DNA of 64,000 nucleotides from Geosiphon pyriformis uo1 (GCA_016748015.1 JAAOMT010000761.1:235331-299330); one strand, 5' to 3'. Numbered from the stretch's first letter, positions 13,060 to 27,789 are shown. Notes: generated by a model from the sequence alone, not told the origin. Numbers and translations are program-made.

Positions 13060-16000
13060 CTCAATTTCATTGGTAATTGCTGTGGAATTTTCAAGAATCG
13101 TGGTTAACTTTTCGGCCATATCAAATCGTTGCTTCGTATATCCTTCCAAGTAAGATGTTTAATATACTAATAGCACTTGAGGTTAAAGCGATATTTGGCA
13201 GAATTGTGTATGTAATACTTTTCTTCCAATAAAAGACCTGGAAAAATTATTTTTCAGCAGTTTTTTCTACTAGAGCTGAATCAATGATTTTTGGGGGCAG
13301 TTGTTTAAGTTTGCTTATTGAAGATGTGCCACAATTTATAATTCGGGTAAGGATACGCTCAACTTTTTCAAACCATTACTCGAATTTATTGTTATCTTTT
13401 TTTTTCTTTAAACTACCCAAACGTGATGATAAAACTGTCAAGACTTCAACGTCCGCACATGAAAGTATTGTAAAAAATGAAGCAACTTGAGGATATTTTC
13501 TAATTGTTTAAATAATAAATATATGATTAGAAGTGCCAATTTGGTATCATATAATATCTAAAAGTAGCAAACCCACCTAAACCAATCATTGAATTTATCT
13601 TCCCTAGAATTTTCGGGAGTATTATGAAAAGGACAAAACACATATTGAAATGTATTGACAATGATTAAGGCGATGACGCTAAAACCAAAATATTTTTTTA
13701 AATTTATGATTTACATTAGTGTGACATTAAATATCAAAAGAGCCAGCCCTACCTCGGTATGAATAATTCTTGAAAATCTTGGCCATTCTTAAAGAAATAT
13801 AAAATCTTGAACTATTAATATGATTTTGATGATCACAAAGTTTTTTGCCTAGAAAAAGATTCGGTTGTAGGATGTTGAATAGGGTATTATTCAATGTTGA
13901 TGAAACTGCTAACATACATTTTTGTTTCACCAAAGAGTAAAAATATATATAAAAACGAGACTGTTAAAAATATAGCTCCTATCACTAAGATCGCAATTTT
14001 ATAACGTGACCAAATATCATCTGAGAATAGAGGTTAAAGTAACTTTTAGATTTAAATATTAAGGAGCAAAAAGTAACTTGCGACCTTACCTGTAATTACA
14101 AAAGGGTATGTATTATCTAGCCAACTGGTATAATTTTCTCGAGAAAGTTTGTTCTAATCCTTATTAGCTAACATATCTTGAATATCTTCAATGATATTTG
14201 GGATATCTGGTTCTGATTTGCCAATGAGATATATCCGTAGGAGTATTTGGGAAGGGTTGGTATGTGGATCTCGTTGATAAACATCTCGAAATTTTATTCA
14301 TGATATCGGCTATTTGATTAGAAAGGCCTTGCATGATAGAAAACCCATGATCACTATAGACTTTCTTAAATTCAATTGTTCCATTTGCTGATAAACGTAA
14401 TAATCCTATCAAAGTAAATATTCAAAAAGACTTGGAACAATATAAATCAGAACTAAATAAAGAATACAAATGTTACTTTACCTGATCACAAATTGCTTTA
14501 TTTATTTTCTAAAAATGAAAAAAGAGTAATATGATAAACATGATATGTTAAGAGAAATATGTTTACCAGTTGTAAAGCGCCAGATTGTGGGTCCAATACC
14601 AATCAGCAGTTCATTATTTTTCAAGCATCGAACAAAATTTGTACCCACGACAACAGAGTAAGATTGACCAGGTCGATTGAAGGTGCTGTGGAATACATTA
14701 ATTGAAATGTTTGTAGAACCATCCGACGTATCTGGAATGGTTGGCGAGGTATGTTGACGCAACAATAATTTTCCGTCAATAGATTGATAGATTGTGATGT
14801 TACCAGTACCAGAAGAAACTTTTGAGTTATAGTTTATAGAAATTTGTGTTGTTCGTAAAGGAATTACTTGGTTTATCACTAGAAATGTTGATAAAATATT
14901 GGAATTCGAATATTTATCATCTAAGTTCTATTCAAAAAAGGGATTAGATAGATTTTTTGGTAAAAATAACAGACTCAATCTATAAAAAAGGCATACCAAA
15001 TTCGAGTAATTTTGGCAGTGGAATGCTTTTAGCTCCCAAATTTTGGTATCATTAGAAGAAAATTCAGCATACCAAATACTATTTTCAGATTTAAAATTGC
15101 TGATATGAATCCTTTTTTGGCTAATATTAACCGTTTTGATTTTACTTCCTGAAGTATTATACATGTCACTAAATCTTTGCTCATCATTTTGTCCAATCAT
15201 TATATAGTTACCACTAAAAACATTATAAGAAGCGAGCATTTATATTTTGAATTAATTGGAGTCTTCAGTTTCTGAAAAGATATAACTGCCCCTTCCAAAG
15301 TAAAACGAATGCTGTATATGAATGGTACAGTATAATTTAAAATGTGATAAAGCACCCATATTCTTAGCCATCAAGAGCTACGCGACAAGGTCCAATACGT
15401 AAGTTGTCCCATGATTTTAGAGTTTGGTAATAATTAAAGATTGGTCTGTTTCTTTTGCACCACTTTGAAAAAATATAGCATAAACAGTACAAGCAACTTC
15501 ATTGGTATAAAAAATCTTTTCACTTGTAACATTGGCAGCAATTGACTGAGACAATGAACTATTTGTGACAACAGCACAATCATATCTACCATCAAGCAAT
15601 TGAAAAGGGTAATACTGAACAAAAACTTCTTAAGAAAGAGGCATGTAAAAAATACCATCAGCAACTTTTCTAACTATACCATTGGCACTATTTAGAAAAA
15701 AAGTTCTTTAATTTAAATGTATAATTTTCATTAAAGATATGTATAAAATAAGATGCATTCTTACAGTGAAGAAAATGTAACTTATTGTATTATTTGGCCA
15801 TAAATAAGCATGCATAAATCCACCTTGAGGCAAAAGAATGATAGTTATTGTTTCATTCAAGGGATACCCACGACTGATAGAAAACTTACTAATATTAAAT
15901 GGTTAAGAATCTTGTATTTATCAAAGTTTAGAGAAAAAGAAAATAATTCATACCTCAATATTTCATCTGAATATAATAAAATCACCCCAGTTCATCATAA

Positions 16001-16383
16001 AATTCATTCAAAAAAGACTCCTCATTTCGAAAGTCATAATAGGTAAAAAGAATGGATTCTGGTTCGATCAGGTAAAACCATAAAAAATCTTCTAGGCAAA
16101 GATTTTGACAAAAAATATTCAGGGTATTAAAAGGTAAATCAATTCATTAACATGACCACCAGAAACAATAACATGAAAATATATCCAGGATTCGTCAGAA
16201 TAATTACACGCAACTTAACTTTTGTCTATTATCAATCATAAAAGGATAGTTCTTTTAAAATCAGTGTTATTATTAAATACAATGAGTCCATTAACCTCTT
16301 CTTTATAGATAAGATTAAAAGAGGCATTAATTTAAGAAAAATTTAAATTAAAAGAAAAAATAATATTTTTAATATTTTTTCAT
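13060..16383 (-). pseudogene. Pseudogene of a large Glomeromycota-type membrane protein (extracellular region with Big_5/SbsA-like Ig domain plus C-terminal TM bundle)
   Basis: Ig-like exon IPLRTTQISINYNSKV...GNITIYQ...STFNRPGQSYSVVVGTNFVR...IWRFTT. TM exons DIWSRYKIAILVIGAIF, KYPQVASFFTILSCADVEVLTVLSSRLG, IFGGSCLSLLIEDVPQFII and VFYWKKSITYTILPNIALTSSAISILNILLGRIYEA. Multiple stops and frameshifts plus an internal inversion. Family recognised from memory, not from a search. Confidence 0.75.
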
Positions 16384-19196
16384 TAAAGCTGATTAAATAA
16401 TGTGCAATTTTGAAGAAATTTTTAATAAACTTTTAGTAATAAAAGACTAGTTTAAGAAAAAATTATAATTTAGAAATATTTATTAGTTGTTTAAGCTTTT
16501 GTACTTTTTATACTTTGTTAAATCTAAAAAAATTTCTATTTTTTTGTTACAAAATATCCTAAAAACTGGGTAGATTGTTATTTGAAAAATAATTTAATCA
16601 GATTAATCTTAAGTTTGGTGTTTCTAAAAAAATTAAAAACTTTTTAAAAATAGTTTAAATATTTATTTACAATTTTTGAATATACAATTATATTATTAAA
16701 ATATATAAAAACAAATTGTTAATGCTCTGATTTGAACAATTTATCTATTAATTTTTGAAAAATGAATGAAATATTTGTTAATTTAAAAAACGTTACAGTA
16801 AACTTGTAAGTTCCATAGTTTGTAATAAAATGGTTTTCTTTCTGCTTATAGGATCTATTTTTACTTGTTAAAATCTAACAGTTAAATTAATTGTTGTAAA
16901 ATAGACTGAATTTTCAAATTAATCAAAAGTATTGTTAACTTTTAAAAATAATACATATCTCATTTGATAATCATATTTAATTAACAATAATCAATACAAA
17001 ATTGTAGAATTCTTTTTTTTTGGATATTACTACAACAAAAAATGCTTATTTATTCTTGGTTTCTTGTATAAAGCCAAGTTTTTTCATCTAATCTATTTTT
17101 TTCTTGACAAATTCATTATTTTAGCAATTTAATTAATAAAAATTTAAATAGATAAATTAAATATTTTTAGTTTTAATCACATATTGAATAAAATTTGTTT
17201 GGTCAGAATATTTTTTTTGATATTATTGACTTATTTCGAACTAATAAATTTTTAATATCAATTTTTTAATCTTTTTTATTGATTTTCTTTTGTTTAATAG
17301 TTAATAATTAGATTTTGGATACTTTTTTTCAAATAATTTTTGTATAGCTTTGAATTTTTGTTAAAAATTAGACTAATTAATTTCGAATATTTGAACATAA
17401 TTTGCATTTATTACTTAAAAAATAGAAAAAATAGTTATACTAATATTAAACACAAAAATTATATTATTAATAATTATATTATACTTTTTTTTAGTTGTTG
17501 CTTAAATATTATATTAAACATATTATAGTATGACTAATAAATAAGTTTTTATAAATTATTAAAAGTTTTTATTGCTGTTAAAAGTGGTAAAAACTAATTT
17601 AGACTTTTTTTTTAGAGTTTTAAAAATTATCAAATTCATTGTTTTGTTATTGTTATTATTTCAAAAAACTCTGTTTAATATTAACACGTAATTACAGTTG
17701 GTTTTGATTTACTATATATTAATTATAATTAATTGTAAATATATGATTTAAAGTTGTAATTATAGAATAATTAAGTATTATCTTAATTACAACTTATTGA
17801 TTTTTCATTTTTTACTTATATAAAATAATAATAATAATAATAACCAAAATCAATAATAATTTTTATAAATTTACAAATATATGTTTAATATATTAATATT
17901 AAGATTATTGAGTACGTTTTTTAAAATTATAATACAATTCAAAAACACAAAACTTTTTATTTATTAAAAAAAACTGAAAATTAAAAATCTAATTAATTTA
18001 ATACTTAATGAAAAAATTATACAAATACACAAGTTTTTAGACTTTTATAATTGAGCAAAAAAAAATTGTTTAAGAATAAAGAATTAATATTAATAATTTA
18101 TTTAAATAGAAGTTTTTATTTGTAATATTATTAAAAAGAAAATTTTTTTTGTATTAATTATTACTAATAGAATATAATTACAAAAAGTAATATTTATTTC
18201 ATTTTTTATATAAATAAAAATACAGTTTAATTCAAGAATATTTTATTTTTTATCATTAGTTCAACAGTAAAATTTTGCCAAATAAAATAATTTTTAAAAG
18301 TTAACAGTAATTTTATGTTCAAAAACAAATTTGTAATCAATAATATTAAAAGATTGTAAATAATAGTTTGAATATTTTCCAAGTTGATTTAAAATCATTT
18401 GTTTTAATTGATTTTTTGATCATTAAGGAATTGTATATTATATTAAAATTTGAGCAATCATAAATGTACCATTTTTTTCTTTAACATTAAATAGATTTTC
18501 AAATTCCTTAATATATATTAATATTAATAAATAAAAATTTTTGTTGAAAAATTTACTATAACTTTTATTATTAGCGCTTTTTTATTGATTAATAATCACC
18601 TATATTCAATTTTAATTGTTATCAATTTAACAATATGCAGATCAAACGATTATTTATACAGCATGTGAGAAAGATCACAATCACATAAAATTTTTTAAGC
18701 TTTCAACTTTCTTGGGAACGATTATCACTATTATCTCACAAAAATAGAATCATTCTCACCCCCCTTATGTCATAGTGTTATATTAAAAGTCGCAAATTTG
18801 AAATGTGGATCGAATTCCAATCCTCCCGGCTTGGATTTAATATGAATAAACTAATTTTTACGCCCTTTTAATAGAAAATGTGAGGTGTTTTGTCTTTGGG
18901 TTGAAAGAATCCGTTCAAAAATTAATGTAAAAATTGTGTAATAAAAAAACCCTACATATTATGGAATTTTTGGACTGACAAAGTTCAGAGAATTATTTTT
19001 TTGATTTGATAATCCCAACCAATAAATGCGAGTTAGGATTTATCTTGATTTTTCATAAATATTTTTTTTTAAGCCACAATCCCTAAACCTCCTTTTCCCA
19101 CAATCCAAAGCTCGGATTAAAACGCATATAAAAAACCTTAATAATTAAAAGCTCCATTGCAATAATCCTACTTCTATCATCATTAATTGTGGAAAT

Positions 19197-21508
19197 ATGA
19201 TTAATTTCACCAACGCTGTTTTTAATTTTGGGCCCCCGTTGCTTCTTATAACGATCCTGGCTTTGACAATTTATTATTTAAGAAAGCCAAAGTATAATTT
19301 GGTTGGTATTAGGTCGAGCATTAAACCCTCGGATAGTTTCTTTTTTTCTAATGTTTGACCATTATTAAAATAATTTTAAAGAATGAACCACCCCTTGTCC
19401 CTTATAAATATCCCTTAATCGGGCATACTTATGAGATTCGGGATGATTGTGAAGGCTTTTTAAGAAGATGCCGGGAAAAGGTTTATATCAGATAACCTAG
19501 ATTTCTAATTCATTATTGTTATTATTTAATACACTATATTTTTGTCTTTTTCTAGTATGGAGATATGTACAATATTTATCAATACGGCAAAGTTTATACT
19601 ATCGCTGGAAAAGATTCTGCACCTGAATTGATGAAACATAAAGATGCGGACTTTCCGGGAGCCGTTGATATGGTATGCTATTCAATCTTAAAAAAATTTA
19701 AGAAATTGGTGTATTTTATAATCTTTTTTGAAACACTTATCACAATGCTGCGAAGATGTTTCCCATTATGCAACTTTTAGGTTCTACTGGTTCATCAACG
19801 CGAGAAATTACCAAGCATCTGACAATAGAAATTACATCACTTCTCCCAAAACTTAATGAAAAGCTTCAACCCCAAATCAAAATATCAGTTGAAAAATATA
19901 TTGGGCTTTCTGAAGGTTTAGTTTTTTTAACAGAATTTTCATCTTTCCTGTAATATGGCTAACTATACTTTGGTTTTTCTATCTCTCTTTTCTCTCAAAG
20001 AACCTAAGACAATTTACTTTTTATTGAACAAAAGTCAAGAAATCCTAGCATTTGTAGCTGCATCTGTATTTTTGGGTGAGGTGAGGTGATCTTTAATCAA
20101 ATTTATCACCAGATGATTTAAATCCTTATCATCTAGGTACTTACAGTATTTCGTTGGTCAAAAATTAGGAACTCTCCAAGGACGAAGAATTATTACTCTC
20201 TTTTGCTAATTTTTCTAAAGATGTCCGTCAAATCTTTCAAACGCCTCGAATATTGGCTTTTATTCATCCTTGGCTTCATAGACAATTATTATTGTATGTT
20301 TGAATTTGCTTTTTATAGCCTATGGGTAGTAGGTATTGAATATTTACGATTTCCTTAAACTTCTCACAGTTGGAAGATCAAACTAGGAAAAAACCCAGTA
20401 GAAAAGCATCAAGCCGACTTAACGAAGAAACTTGTACCAATTGTTGAAAAGCGTATTAAAGAGATGAGAGAGCAGGGAGATAAATACAATCCACCGGTGA
20501 ATATTTAAATCAAAGCGGAAATTATTTCTTTATTATTATTTTTGTCTAATCTTATTATTATTTTTAAATAGCTCGATGTCATACAAATGCTGTTAGACGG
20601 TGGTTTGGTTGGTGAAAAAGAAAACATAAATTACAATCACATGGCCATACACATTTATATATTAGCTTTCTCTTCTATTTTTACGACAAGTCTCAAACTA
20701 ACAAATGCAATTATAGGTAAGTCAATCTTTTATTATTATTATAATTAAGTCAAATATGTAAAAAACTATTAATATGGTTCTAAATCTGTTTAGACTATGC
20801 AGCCGAGACTGATTATCAAAAAGAGCTATTAGAGGAACAAGATAAAATTGCTAAAGAATTTGGAACTGACGGATTTCCTGCACTCGATCAAATTGAAAAG
20901 ATGGTGAAACTTGATAGTTTTCTTAAAGAATCGATAAGATATAATGAGCATTTTCGTAAGCAGTTTCCAAATTTTATTATCCTCTTATTTTCTGACTATT
21001 TTTATAACAAATCTTTTTCTGGTCTTTAGTTGGACTACAAAAAGCCAACATTTCTTCATCACCAATCACACTTTCAAATGGATATCAACTTCCCTCAAGT
21101 AATGTGCTATGAAGCGTCTTGATATTTTTCAAATTTAATACTACTAACCTTGAATAATAATAATAATCTTTTTTAACTACATTTATAGAAAGAACAGTAT
21201 TCATTGACCTTTTAAGTGTCACTCAAAGTGAAGAACTTCAAGGCTCCAATCCGACTAAATTTAATCCTGTTAGATATCTCAATAAAGGCGGAACAACTAC
21301 TCGAGTTGACCGTGCCTATTTATCATTTGGACTTGGCCGAAATGCTTGTCCCGGTCGCTTTTTTGCAATGCTTCAAATCAAGAGCTTTCTTTCAATAATT
21401 ATACGAAATTTTAAGATTAGTTTTGTGGATGGTACTAAACCAAAAAAACTTAATTTTGAAGGCAATCGTATTCCTTCAAATGATGGGGTGATTTTTGAAA
21501 AAAGATAA
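19197..21508 (+). CDS. Cytochrome P450 (11 exons; CYP503/CYP512-like motif style)
   Basis: N-terminal anchor then NEPPLVPYKYPLIGHT; I-helix ILAFSSIFTTS; K-helix LDSFLKESIR (ExxR); FNPVRY; heme motif YLSFGLGRNACPGRFFA at ~21318-21367. Ten GT-AG introns give an open frame ending at TAA 21506-21508. Confidence 0.95.
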
Positions 21509-22941
21509 GGTAAATTCTTTAAACTCCCAATTTGAGGATGTCTTCTCAATATTAGTAAATCTCTGATTCTTCTGAGATTAATATGATAGTTCCATATGAC
21601 TATAATGGGGGGGGGAATATTTTCGAGATTTCAAATAAAATAGGTGAGGTAAAAAAAATGAATGATACTAAAATTGAGAAACATGTCAAAATGATAATAT
21701 ATTTTTTGATCCAACTGTGACCCAAAAAGCTGGAATACTAGATAAATTATTTAATTGTATCATGAATTTTTGGTCAAATTTTGAAAGTAAGCTTACTTAA
21801 TATGAATGGTAGTAGATTTGGCTTTAAAAAATATTCTTTAAAAACTGATTGACAAAATCATATAAATGTTTTATATTATACACATACTTGAAAACTTTCA
21901 ATTTAAAATTTTTAACAAGGTGTATTAGCCTTGTTTGGTAGCTTATTGAACACATACCATTCATCAAATGGTCAATATTTAAAATCAAAGTGTAAAAACA
22001 GGCACACAATTTAAATGTCTACAAAATCTATTAAGAAATTGAACCATATTTAAATTTTAAAAGATATTTCCACAATAAAAAATTAGGAAAAAGGATATAA
22101 TTATCGATTACATTTACTTGAATTCTCAAGTCGTTTAATAAAATACTATTAATCAAAAAAGCGTACAATAACGTAGAGTGTTAGTTTAAATTGGATGATA
22201 AAAATATTTTACAGTAAATTTAAATACTCTTTCCCTCAATTTTATAAAATTTAATTGATGATAATTTAGAGTATTTCCTAAATTAGAGTCAGCCAGAAAA
22301 TGAAATAATAAACGAATAAACATTTAAAATGTTTTATGGTTTTTTTTATAAATGATACTTGATATGTTCTAATATATATTCTTTTGACCTTGAAGTTTTT
22401 ATAATCAATTTGTTAAAGATCTTTATACATAAAAAAAAAAAGGTTTTCTTAAAATTGACAGTTTATTAAAGTTAACTTTTATTTAAATTAATTTCAAAAT
22501 TTTTTGAAAGGTTTTTAATTGCTTGTTACTTATATAATTTTTTTATTATAAGAAATATTTAAATAAAAAAAGATTTTACTTTATTATAAGATCATTATAA
22601 CTTTAAAACTTTAGCATTAAATTTTTAATATAAAGGTTTTCAAAATTACTTGAAATTTTAAAATAATATATATATGCATAATGATTTAATAAATTTATTG
22701 GGAAAATGATTTTTTATTTATTATTAAGATATAATCTTTAAAAATAATATTTTTATCCCTAGAAATTGAAAAGATCAATTGAAACTCAACTGACTTGATT
22801 GAGAATAAAAATAGTCTTGTATAAAATTTGAAACCAGATTCTATTAAATTAATTTTTAAAAAATTTAATCTAGCATCTAATATTTTCCAGTTTACATAAT
22901 TTTTTTTAAATAAGAAACTATTTAAAAAGATGAAATGCTAT

Positions 22942-24455
22942 CTACTTGATCCATGGTGGTAAGTCACTAGACCGAATACCAATTTTAATGCCAAAATATG
23001 GTCCATTATTAAGCAAAAATTGGAAAGGCTTTGCTCCTCGAGAACATTCCTATAAAAGAAAAGCGATAAAAATGAACAATTAATCTTCTTTAAAGAGAAA
23101 AAAAGTTATATTTGATGAATCAAAAAATAAGCACAAACCTCGCTTTCATCTAGAAAATCCCCGTCTGAATAATATTTTCCTCCTCCATGGCATTGATAAA
23201 CAATTTCATCGTCAGCCAAAGCATCATTCATACATTCACAATTATCAGAAGCAATCCAATATTCCATAACAGGATGAAGATATTTCTCTTTTTGTGATAT
23301 AGATTCATAATTTGGTAGATTTACGACGATATCATTTTTGTAAGTAACTCGGATTTTTAGAAACATGGCTGTGTTCAGAGCTCGAGCAAATTGCCGATTG
23401 CCTATTCTTGGCTGTCCATAAGTAAACAGCTGTAGGGAAATGTCTTGTCTACTTTTAAGGAGATAAAAGTCCAAAGCAGCAAATGTTGCATACACTGCTA
23501 GTTCAAAATTATTGTAAAAAATTAATTTGAATTTTCAAAAAAAGCATTTTGAAATTAGGAATATAAAAACTTACCAGCACCCATGCCATGTCCCACAAAA
23601 GTTATTTCAGAGACAGCTGTCTCTGGGTTTTCTATCATTTTATCAAGGATATCGGAAAAACGAAAATCGGCTTTCTTGAATTGATGCCAAAATTTTTTGT
23701 TCACTTTTGCATTTTCATATAACGGGTAGTCAACCATTTTTCCAGAAAATGCGGTCATCCATTCAGTTGGTAATAAGAGTGAGCCACGGAAGTAGATAAC
23801 TAGTTCATTAGGACCCCCGATTACACTCGAAGCTAAATAAGGAAATATTATTTAGAATAAACTGAATATGTTGTTTGAATAAAAACTCGAAACTCAAAAA
23901 TTTTCATTTTTTTTTTGAGCAAATGATTATATATTAATATTTCACATATATATATATATATATACCGTACCTACCTACCTACCTACCTACCTACCTACCT
24001 ACCTACCTACCTACCTATCTACCTATCTACCTACCTATCTACCTACCTACCTACTTACTTACTTACTTACTTACTTACTTATTTAATTAATTTACTTACT
24101 TACTTGCTTACTTACCTAATACTTTATCTTCCAGGGAGTAAGCCAAGTTAGCATACCAGGCATATTTTTTCAAAAACTGTTTTCCTTTGTAAGGTACAAT
24201 TTCTTTTAAAGGAGGGATTACATTTAGTTCCACTCTTTTAAAAAAAGAATTTAAAGCTGAGCTCGTGTTGTTTTTTTCGAAAAATTGACCATTTTTTATG
24301 ATTGCAGAGGTTGAGATTTGTTGATTCGTATTATTTTGAATGATATCACTAAAGTTATAATATCTTGAAAAAAGATGTAAAAGAAAGTAGAAAATTGTGA
24401 ACAAAAAAATTAATGTGGTATCTAAACATTTTATTGAGTTACCCAATCTTTTCAT
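22942..24455 (-). CDS. Class 3 lipase (alpha/beta hydrolase) homolog, predicted catalytically inactive; 4 exons
   Basis: Exons 24455-24116, 23832-23575, 23494(or 23497)-23139 and 23049-22942. Motifs YAWYANLAY, LVIYFRGS, ITFVGHGMGAVYATFAALD, LFTYGQPRIGNRQFA, RVTYKNDIVVNLP, YLHPVMEYWI, NNGPYFG. N-terminal hydrophobic anchor/signal. Confidence 0.92.
23946..24112. repeat. Compound microsatellite (TA)n-(TACC)n-(TACT)n in lipase intron 1
   Basis: Directly visible tandem repeats. Confidence 0.95.
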
Positions 24456-26569
24456 TGTAATTTGAAATAAAAAGAGAATTTCGATTTTCTTCGAAATGAT
24501 CAGTTAAAATATAATAATTAGTAGATAAAAATACACGTGATGAAAATGATCATTTTCAAAAAGTTTTTTCCCTGACTAAAAAATATTTAATAAATGTTTT
24601 TAATTTCGGCAATTTTTATTAGCCTCCCCAATTTTGATAAATACATTTTTATTCCCGATATCTGTAAGTTTCATAATCAACTTATCTCCTGGATAAACCA
24701 AAGTAAAGATAAAAATTTTAAGTTAAAATTTGTATTCTAAATAAGATAACAATATTTAAGTAACATTGTTTAATTTCATCCAGTATACTGGACAATAATT
24801 TTTTTGTTTTGTTTTGAATGAGGACCTAAAAATCTGGGGAATTAATCAAAAATAAATAGGTCAAATATTCAAAGAGCTACATTTCATTAATAAAAAGATA
24901 GCTATTTAATATTTTTTCAATATACTGATTACGCAATAACTCGACAAACATAGAGACTTGCGATGGTTTTATATTGTGAATAGACTTTATGATATTCATT
25001 CTGCTTGAATAGAATATATTACAAAAATAGAGTATATTATTATTATGATTATTTGGCAAAAATTTTGTTGCCTCGGGTTATGTTAATCTTTGAAACAAAA
25101 AAATAGCAACGGAAAAAAGAATTTTTAGATCATTTCATCAGAAATCTTTTGAGTTCATTTTGTTGGTAAAGATGATTATGGCCAAGCAATTTTAATTATT
25201 TACATGTGGATCATCCATGAGAATCAGAAGAATATTTTTGGGTCTTTGCAATAATATTAAGTTGGGTCATCTAGATGATGATAATCAATGTATCTTTAAT
25301 TGTTTAACCCCCATGTGAAATGCCCATCTTAAAGAATATAAAAAGCATTTTCCACATTAAAAAATTCATAAAGTTTCATTATATCTTGTGATAAATATGA
25401 ACTCATTCTTATAACAAACTTTTGATATTCAATGAAACACACAAACAAAGGCCTTTAAATGAGACATAAGAAAATATAAAAGCATTCAATGTGTTGACAC
25501 ATTAAAAAGAACAAACTTTTTTTACCTCGATTCATGAAATGCCACTTTCATCATCATCATCATCATCATTATCAAGGATATGTTATGAATTTTTCCTGGG
25601 TTCCCTCCATTTCTTACCTCATAATACCTAAATTAAATTCGAGTCTTAAAGGATGTCAAAAATGATGTAATAGAAAAGAAAGAAAGACATAAACTAGAAA
25701 TGTAATGATGATGATGATAATGATGATGATGAAATTGATGATGATGATAATGATGATGATGAAATTGATGATGATATATTAATAAATGTAAGAATGATGT
25801 AATTTAATGTATTGATAAGGATGACAAAAGGTGATCAAAATTATAACAGTAAATTTTTTTTATATGAATTAATAATCAAATTAAGGATGGTCGAAGTTTT
25901 TCAAATTAATTAAAAAATCTATTATCAATTTTTTTAACTAATATGAATTACGTTAAATCATATTTTAAAATATGATTTTTTCAAGTTTAAAAAACTAGTT
26001 CATTTTTCAAAAAATTTATATATTATAATTCGATTTTTAATAAATAAATTAGAGAGCATTTAATGCTCTTAAAATAAAATATTGGTTGAAAACATTTTAG
26101 ATAATTTTCTATTTTTAAATAGGTTTGAAAATACTGTATACTGTATAATGGGAAAAAAAAATTATTATCCTAACTTAGATTAAATAAATTATATTCAAAT
26201 TAAAGATATAAGAATTATTACATTATAACAAATGTTTTTTAAGTTCATGTTTTAAAATGTTAATTATTATAAAAAGTCTTTTGCTCGATTTCAGGACTGT
26301 TAAATTATATCAAATGCAATTACAAGAATAGAATCATTTTGGTAACTTAGTATAAATCATTGATTGATTGATTACATTAGAAAAAAATTCATTTGTTTGA
26401 CCAATTCCTCTAAAAAGTTCCCCTCTTTCTTTCAGATATCTAGAATCAAGTATCGAAATATTTCATTTTTAAGGTTTTGCAAAAAAATTAAAGGCTAAAA
26501 ATTCTAAAAGAAAAGAACCGCTTCCTTTTTAAATTTTGCATGAAATTTATTCATTCCCTATTTAGCACC

Positions 26570-26612
26570 TAGTCAGTTAATCAGTAAGTCAGTCAGCTAA
26601 TCAGTAAGTCAG

Positions 26613-26662
<50 letters not shown>
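26570..26662. repeat. (TCAG)/(TCAA)n microsatellite
   Basis: Directly visible. Confidence 0.9.
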
Positions 26663-26663
<1 letters not shown>

Positions 26664-27723
26664 GTTTCCGAGAACAAAGTTATATTTGTAAATTTACAAA
26701 AACAACAATGACAGGTAAACAATGCAGTTGTGTTCATGCTTACTTTTTTTTTGTGTTGCATCTCTCAAAGTTTATTTTTAAGTCTGTGCTTATCCTTTTT
26801 AGCCTTTGCATGATTGTTTTTCCTTGGCTCCTTCTCGATTTAATCTCTTTCCATTGGGTTGACATTTGGTTTTGTGAAACCTCGTGAGCTAATCTTAAAA
26901 AATTTCCAAACATTTCTTGTATCTGTATAAACATGCATTGTATTCTTGTGAAAGGTATCTTGCACAAAAAAAGAGTTGTGCTTATTGGAAAATTTATGGT
27001 CATTTTTTTTCTTTTTCTTTTTCTTTTTTTGAACAATAAAAAGGGATCAGGTGTTTATTATTATTTTTTTTTTCTACTGTAAAAAGGTCTGGATCAATAG
27101 CAGCAGCGATAAACACGACAGCATGTAAAGAATTAGGAATCATAATTTTTATTTTATATTCTTTTATATACTTTATTATTTGTTTATTTATTTATTTATT
27201 TATTTATTTATTCAAGTTATGCTAAATGCTAAATTCTCAAATATTTTTGACAATGGTGTGATGGAGGTATGGTTCGCACAAAGAAATGTCAATTTCATTG
27301 ACTTTGCATCTTTTTACTGCACGGATTTGCTTTTATTCAAAGAGCTCACTGATAGCGTAATTGATGCATAAAAAATGTCACTGCTTAAATTTAAAAGATG
27401 TAAATCATCATTGATTGAAGGAAGGATGCGTAGGATTTTCTAAATTGTAGGACTGACACCAAAAATAACGAAAATCTTTTAGAGAACTTACTTTTTTGTA
27501 AAAAAAAAAAAACAATGCATCTTCTTTCATCGGTTATGAATTACATAATGCAATCTTTTGACATGAAAGTTCAAACGGAATATTCGGAGTTGAACCTTTT
27601 ATTTTTCCGAGGTTACTTTTTTTTTTTTTTTGGATCAAAGATCTTATTACCCTTTAAAAATTCAAACAATGCAATTTCTAATTCAGAGTGAATCTTGAAA
27701 CAACTGCACGATAATGCCGATAG

Positions 27724-27787
<64 letters not shown>
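27724..27787. repeat. (TTA)n microsatellite
   Basis: Directly visible. Similar ATT/AAT tracts at ~28921-28970, 31249-31308, 33787-33830, 36002-36057, 37338-37401, 41880-41910 and 45772-45808. Confidence 0.95.

Positions 27788-27789
<2 letters not shown>

Noticed and set aside
19197-24455. Biosynthetic gene cluster (P450 + lipase + reductases)
   Set aside because: No backbone synthase, the lipase appears inactive, and the genes are widely spaced.
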